A stretch of 38,615 nt of DNA from Octopus sinensis (lineage: Eukaryota). The position numbers were made by a program, and so were the translations under genes. Within the stretch, counting starts at the first letter, position 1. The number at the start of each line of letters is the position of its first letter. Location of the stretch: positions 1 through 38,615 of the forward strand of contig NW_021835716.1 of NCBI RefSeq assembly GCF_006345805.1. Direction: 5' to 3'. Shown in pieces: positions 34,950 through 38,615 of this stretch. Under the pieces are notes generated by a model. It saw nothing but the letters and a program-made list of their open reading frames with translations. It was not told where the DNA came from and did no database searches.

Positions 34950-36090
34950 AATATGAATACCAATTGGAATCCTGAGGCAAATATGGATAAAGTTCCAAAT
35001 GGTAGATTCCCTGCATCACAAGCAGCTACTCGCTCATTCGGTCCACTGCGAGGATTTTCCTCAGCGAAAACATGAAATTATTAACATCCTGCTGATAGAT
35101 TTGATATGAATCCAAATTTGGAACACTTTGGGGACGATTTTAGAATCTAATATGAGCATCAAAATCCACTTTTATGGCAATGTTTTGTTCAAATCTTTCA
35201 CTGAATATCGCGACGGATTTTTTGACCGTTTTTCCGGTAGCCTCAGTAAATTTAGAAGCATTCTGAAAGATTGAAATGGCCATATTTATACCTTGAGCTT
35301 CCAGTGAGTCGTTTTTTTCAAAAAACAGAGGAACCTTCTTTCCAGACATGAGCATTGCGTCGTTGGGAATGCCCAATGCAGAACATATATCATCGAATTG
35401 CTCATACTGTTGGCTCCGGGAATATAGACCAACCAGTGACAACTCTGCCATAATACAGCCGAGAGACCACATCGATGGGACATCCATACTCACAACCCAA
35501 AATAACCTCGGTGCCCTACATCATAATCACCAGAATGACCGGTATATCCCGATTGTAAGTAAAAGGAGTCGCTTATTCGATTACAATATACCGCAGAGCC
35601 AAAGTCAATAACTTTAATGTGGAATGGATATTCTTGGGGGTTAACCAGCATGATATTCTCCCTGCTTTAAATCAGTGGTGTAATCCCGAGGTATGAAAGC
35701 TTTATTAATGCTTTAAGAACCGATTTGTCAGATATTGAATACTTGAAAGGTAATTGCCCGAATGCCGTATTGGAATTGGAGAAAATGCATTATTTCTCAT
35801 GAAATCATACAAATTGATCGAAAGCAGTTCAAACACAATAAAAACGTGGCCTGCGTGTTCAAAATGGTCGAGAATAGAATTATGTGGTCTTGCCTCAAAT
35901 CCGACACAGCATTGTTGATACATTTAGCAAGGATATCTATAATATTATTTATGACGAACCTCGAATAGTCCTTGACGTTTATGAATCGGATTTTTCTTTC
36001 CAAAACTTTGATTGCAAACTCGACGATTAGTTTCATATTGCCAGGCTACTACTACTTGCCCAAACGTACCCCTCCACAGATAATCACTCA
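34950..36090 (-). pseudogene. HIPK: HIPK-like (CMGC/DYRK-group) protein kinase domain, heavily frameshifted
   Basis: RGTFGQVV, AIKVL, RQGLFE|ISLL, HVFIVFELLSINLYDFMRNNAFSPIP, DLK.ENIMLV.P.EYPFHIKVIDFGSA, YR|APEVILG, WSLGCIMAEL, LRKILAVD. Introns at 35937-35959 and 35516-35539. Confidence 0.8.
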
Positions 36091-36936
36091 CAATATAATG
36101 ACAAGTCATTGATTTTAACATCTGATAAATTAATCACATTTTACTTCATATCTTTCTAAATATATTCATCTAATCCCACTGACTGCCCAATATTCAAGTC
36201 GGCTGTCTCTAATCTCCTCGTCCATTCCATGACATTTGGTAGAGTTGTCTGCCTTCCCCATAGACTAGAACAATTTAATGGCCATAATATTTATCGAATT
36301 AAGGCTTTAGAGATTCCTTAATCGATAAGGAAAGTTTTAAATGTCATTTAGCATATTGAAAAATTCTGATTTTTTTTTAGTCAATTTAATGCTGAATAAA
36401 TACCTTTGATGGGTTAGAGATATCCGCCCGAGTTGTCTTGTCTTACTTTGTGGATTTTGTTCTTTTTACTAATTTATATTCAAACTGTAGTGAGGATGAG
36501 AATACATTCCAAAGATTATTTTAATGGCTTTTACCTGATAAAGTATTTATATTTAAACGATAAAAATAAAAATGCTAAATGGCGTCATTTTCGTAATTAA
36601 ATAAAACAAAATAATTCAATGCGTAATTATATTTTGAATACCTGATCATTCACTCCGATATGTTTTCTATCAAGAATTTAGAATTGATCAGCAATTAATG
36701 ACTATTTCAGTTGCTAGGAATTTCGCACATTGTTATCGATGTTGGCCAATCATTCCATTATGTAGTTTTTGGCATCTTGACAACTACGAAGTGGGTTTAA
36801 TTTTTTGCTTAATTAATGGCTGTTATAATTCAGCAAATTTACAGAGCCATTTGTGGGTCAAAGAATGCTATTTATTTGTTCTAACAATAATTTTTATTCA
36901 ATTTCAACCAATAATGGCATGCTTTTAATTTCAATA

Positions 36937-38615
36937 CAGTACGACCCGGTTTGGGGCAGACCCCATGGGTGGGGCACCCTCGGTTTTGGGGCACCCCCGC
37001 TTTTAGGGGCAGTTTTTTTGAAAACCGTAATTTTTCATTCTATTATTTATTTTTGATGACCCCGGTTTGGGGCACTTTTTAAATTTATTTAATTACAAAA
37101 TGTTAGTTTATTTATTAATTATAATTATACTATTATTTCACGTGTTTATTTTGACTTAGTATGGTTCGTAAAATAATTCAAAGATAATTATGAAACAAAA
37201 ATTAAATCGCTAAAGATATAAAACATGGTCAATTTTCAGAAGAGAGATCTTGCTAAAAAGTATACAACGAGCAAAGGTATCTTTTTTAACTAATTATTAA
37301 TTACAGGTACTATTTTTCTCGCATTAAAACAAAATTTTGTTTTTATTTTGACGCGGGATTAACTGAATCCGATAAATCAGGAATCACATGATCCAACAGC
37401 AGGTGTTCTCAACCGGGGGCGAATCGCCCCCCTAGGGGCGAAAATTTTGTACAAGGGGGCGATCAATTTTGTACAGGGGGGCGAGCATAATATTTTAATA
37501 AAAAAAAATTTATATTTATTAAAAATTGTTTAATTAGAATATTTTTAATGGCAAGCCTAATAATTTAGACTCAAAATTTAATGAAATACAATTCTTCTTC
37601 AAGGAATTTTGTCAACATGATTGATTGCAAAAGAATATGGAAACATTTGAAAAAAATTATTGCTTTATCGACATAATTTTTCTAAAATCAGTTTGGAAAC
37701 ATTTCACAACTATCTGAGATAAGTAAAATTTTAGTCAAAACAATATTTTGACATATTGTCAACATTTGACGGAACTAGAAGCGGATATATCTCTTAGATT
37801 CAAAGATTTGTTTGATTTGGAATTTGAAGCATGGATGAGTGATCCGTTTTCATGTGTGCCAAAAGATATGAACGAAACAATCCAAGAAGAGATATTGAAT
37901 TTAATATAATGAAGAATATATTCACAGATTTCAACAGGATGGTATCTCTAAATTTGGCAATCAAAAGATCTACAAATGAAATTTCCAAATTTATGGAAGG
38001 AAATGAGTAATGTACTATTGACATTCCCTACCACTTATTTGGTTGAAAGTGGATTTAGTTTTGTCAATCATAATAACAATGTGAAAAAAATAGACTGAAG
38101 TGTGGTTATAGAGGCGATATACGCCTAAAGTTGAGCAGATTAAACCCGACATAGAATATTTAGCGAGTAAACATCAATATCAAGGGTCTTCACTAATATT
38201 TTTAATAAAAATTCAATTTTTTACATTTGATTTATAATTTTATATTTTGATTTTGAGTTATGTACAAAAACAACCAATTAAGGGACAATGCCAAAATTTT
38301 TTAAATTGTAGTGGACAAGGGGGCGATAAAATTTCAAAGGGGGGCGACAAATTCTAAGGGGGCGATGAACAAAAAAGGTTGAGAATGCCTGATCCAAATA
38401 ATGAATTAGATAGATTAGTTTTGTGAAACTTTTCTACGTCTGAGAGATGAATTTCTTCCAATTTCTGGAACTATCTTAAAACTGATTGCAAAAAATTATC
38501 TAAAAGATAATTATGAATCATTTAAGGCATCAAATGGATGGCTAGACCGGTTCAAGAAAAGACACGAGTTGCTATTTAAAACTATAAGTTGGAGAAAGAA
38601 TTCATCTGACCTTTC
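36937..38615 (+). mobile_element. pogo/Tigger element (runs off the window end) interrupted by a hAT
   Basis: TA|CAGTACGACCCGGTTTGGGGCA left end with GGGCA-rich subterminal motifs shared with 22241-22270. After the hAT it resumes as LIAKKLSKDNYESFKASNGWLDRFKKRHELLFKTI (CENP-B HTH). Confidence 0.75.
37400..38391 (+). mobile_element. Non-autonomous Buster/Charlie-type hAT element
   Basis: TIR CAGGTGTTCTCAACC / GGTTGAGAATGCCTG (13 of 15). GGGGGCGA subterminal repeats at both ends. C-terminal remnant LLTFPTTYLVESGFSFV...DIRLKLSRLNPDIEYLASKHQ. The TSD is only partial (ATCCAA). Confidence 0.82.

Overview
This is AT-rich eukaryotic (animal-type) DNA, not a prokaryotic window. The left two-thirds (about 1-26.5 kb) is nested transposon debris. 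It holds a young 5'-truncated RTE LINE, a 4.3-kb Helitron (A|TC...CTAG|T) carrying about 26 copies of a ~95-bp tandem repeat, a full-length IR/DR Tc1 element, two CGGBP1-like hAT elements with perfect 8-bp TSDs, rearranged CRE-clade retroelement pieces, several pogo/Tigger remnants and a tRNA-headed SINE-like island. The right third is a very compact gene island: a PWWP-like gene, an MRG/MSL3-like gene, an orphan ORF, PXK-like, PHD-finger and HIPK-like genes, plus an NRAMP gene split by a hAT insertion. The most striking signal is that these genes only align to their families if GT...AG introns of about 21-28 nt are removed. A 24-nt intron of the same class also appears to sit inside the Tc1 transposase. 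Most host genes additionally carry 1-2 nt indels; decay and consensus error cannot be separated from this sequence alone. A miniaturised parasitic animal such as a myxozoan or dicyemid is suggested, but this is inference only. All family calls come from manual translation and remembered motifs; no searches were run.
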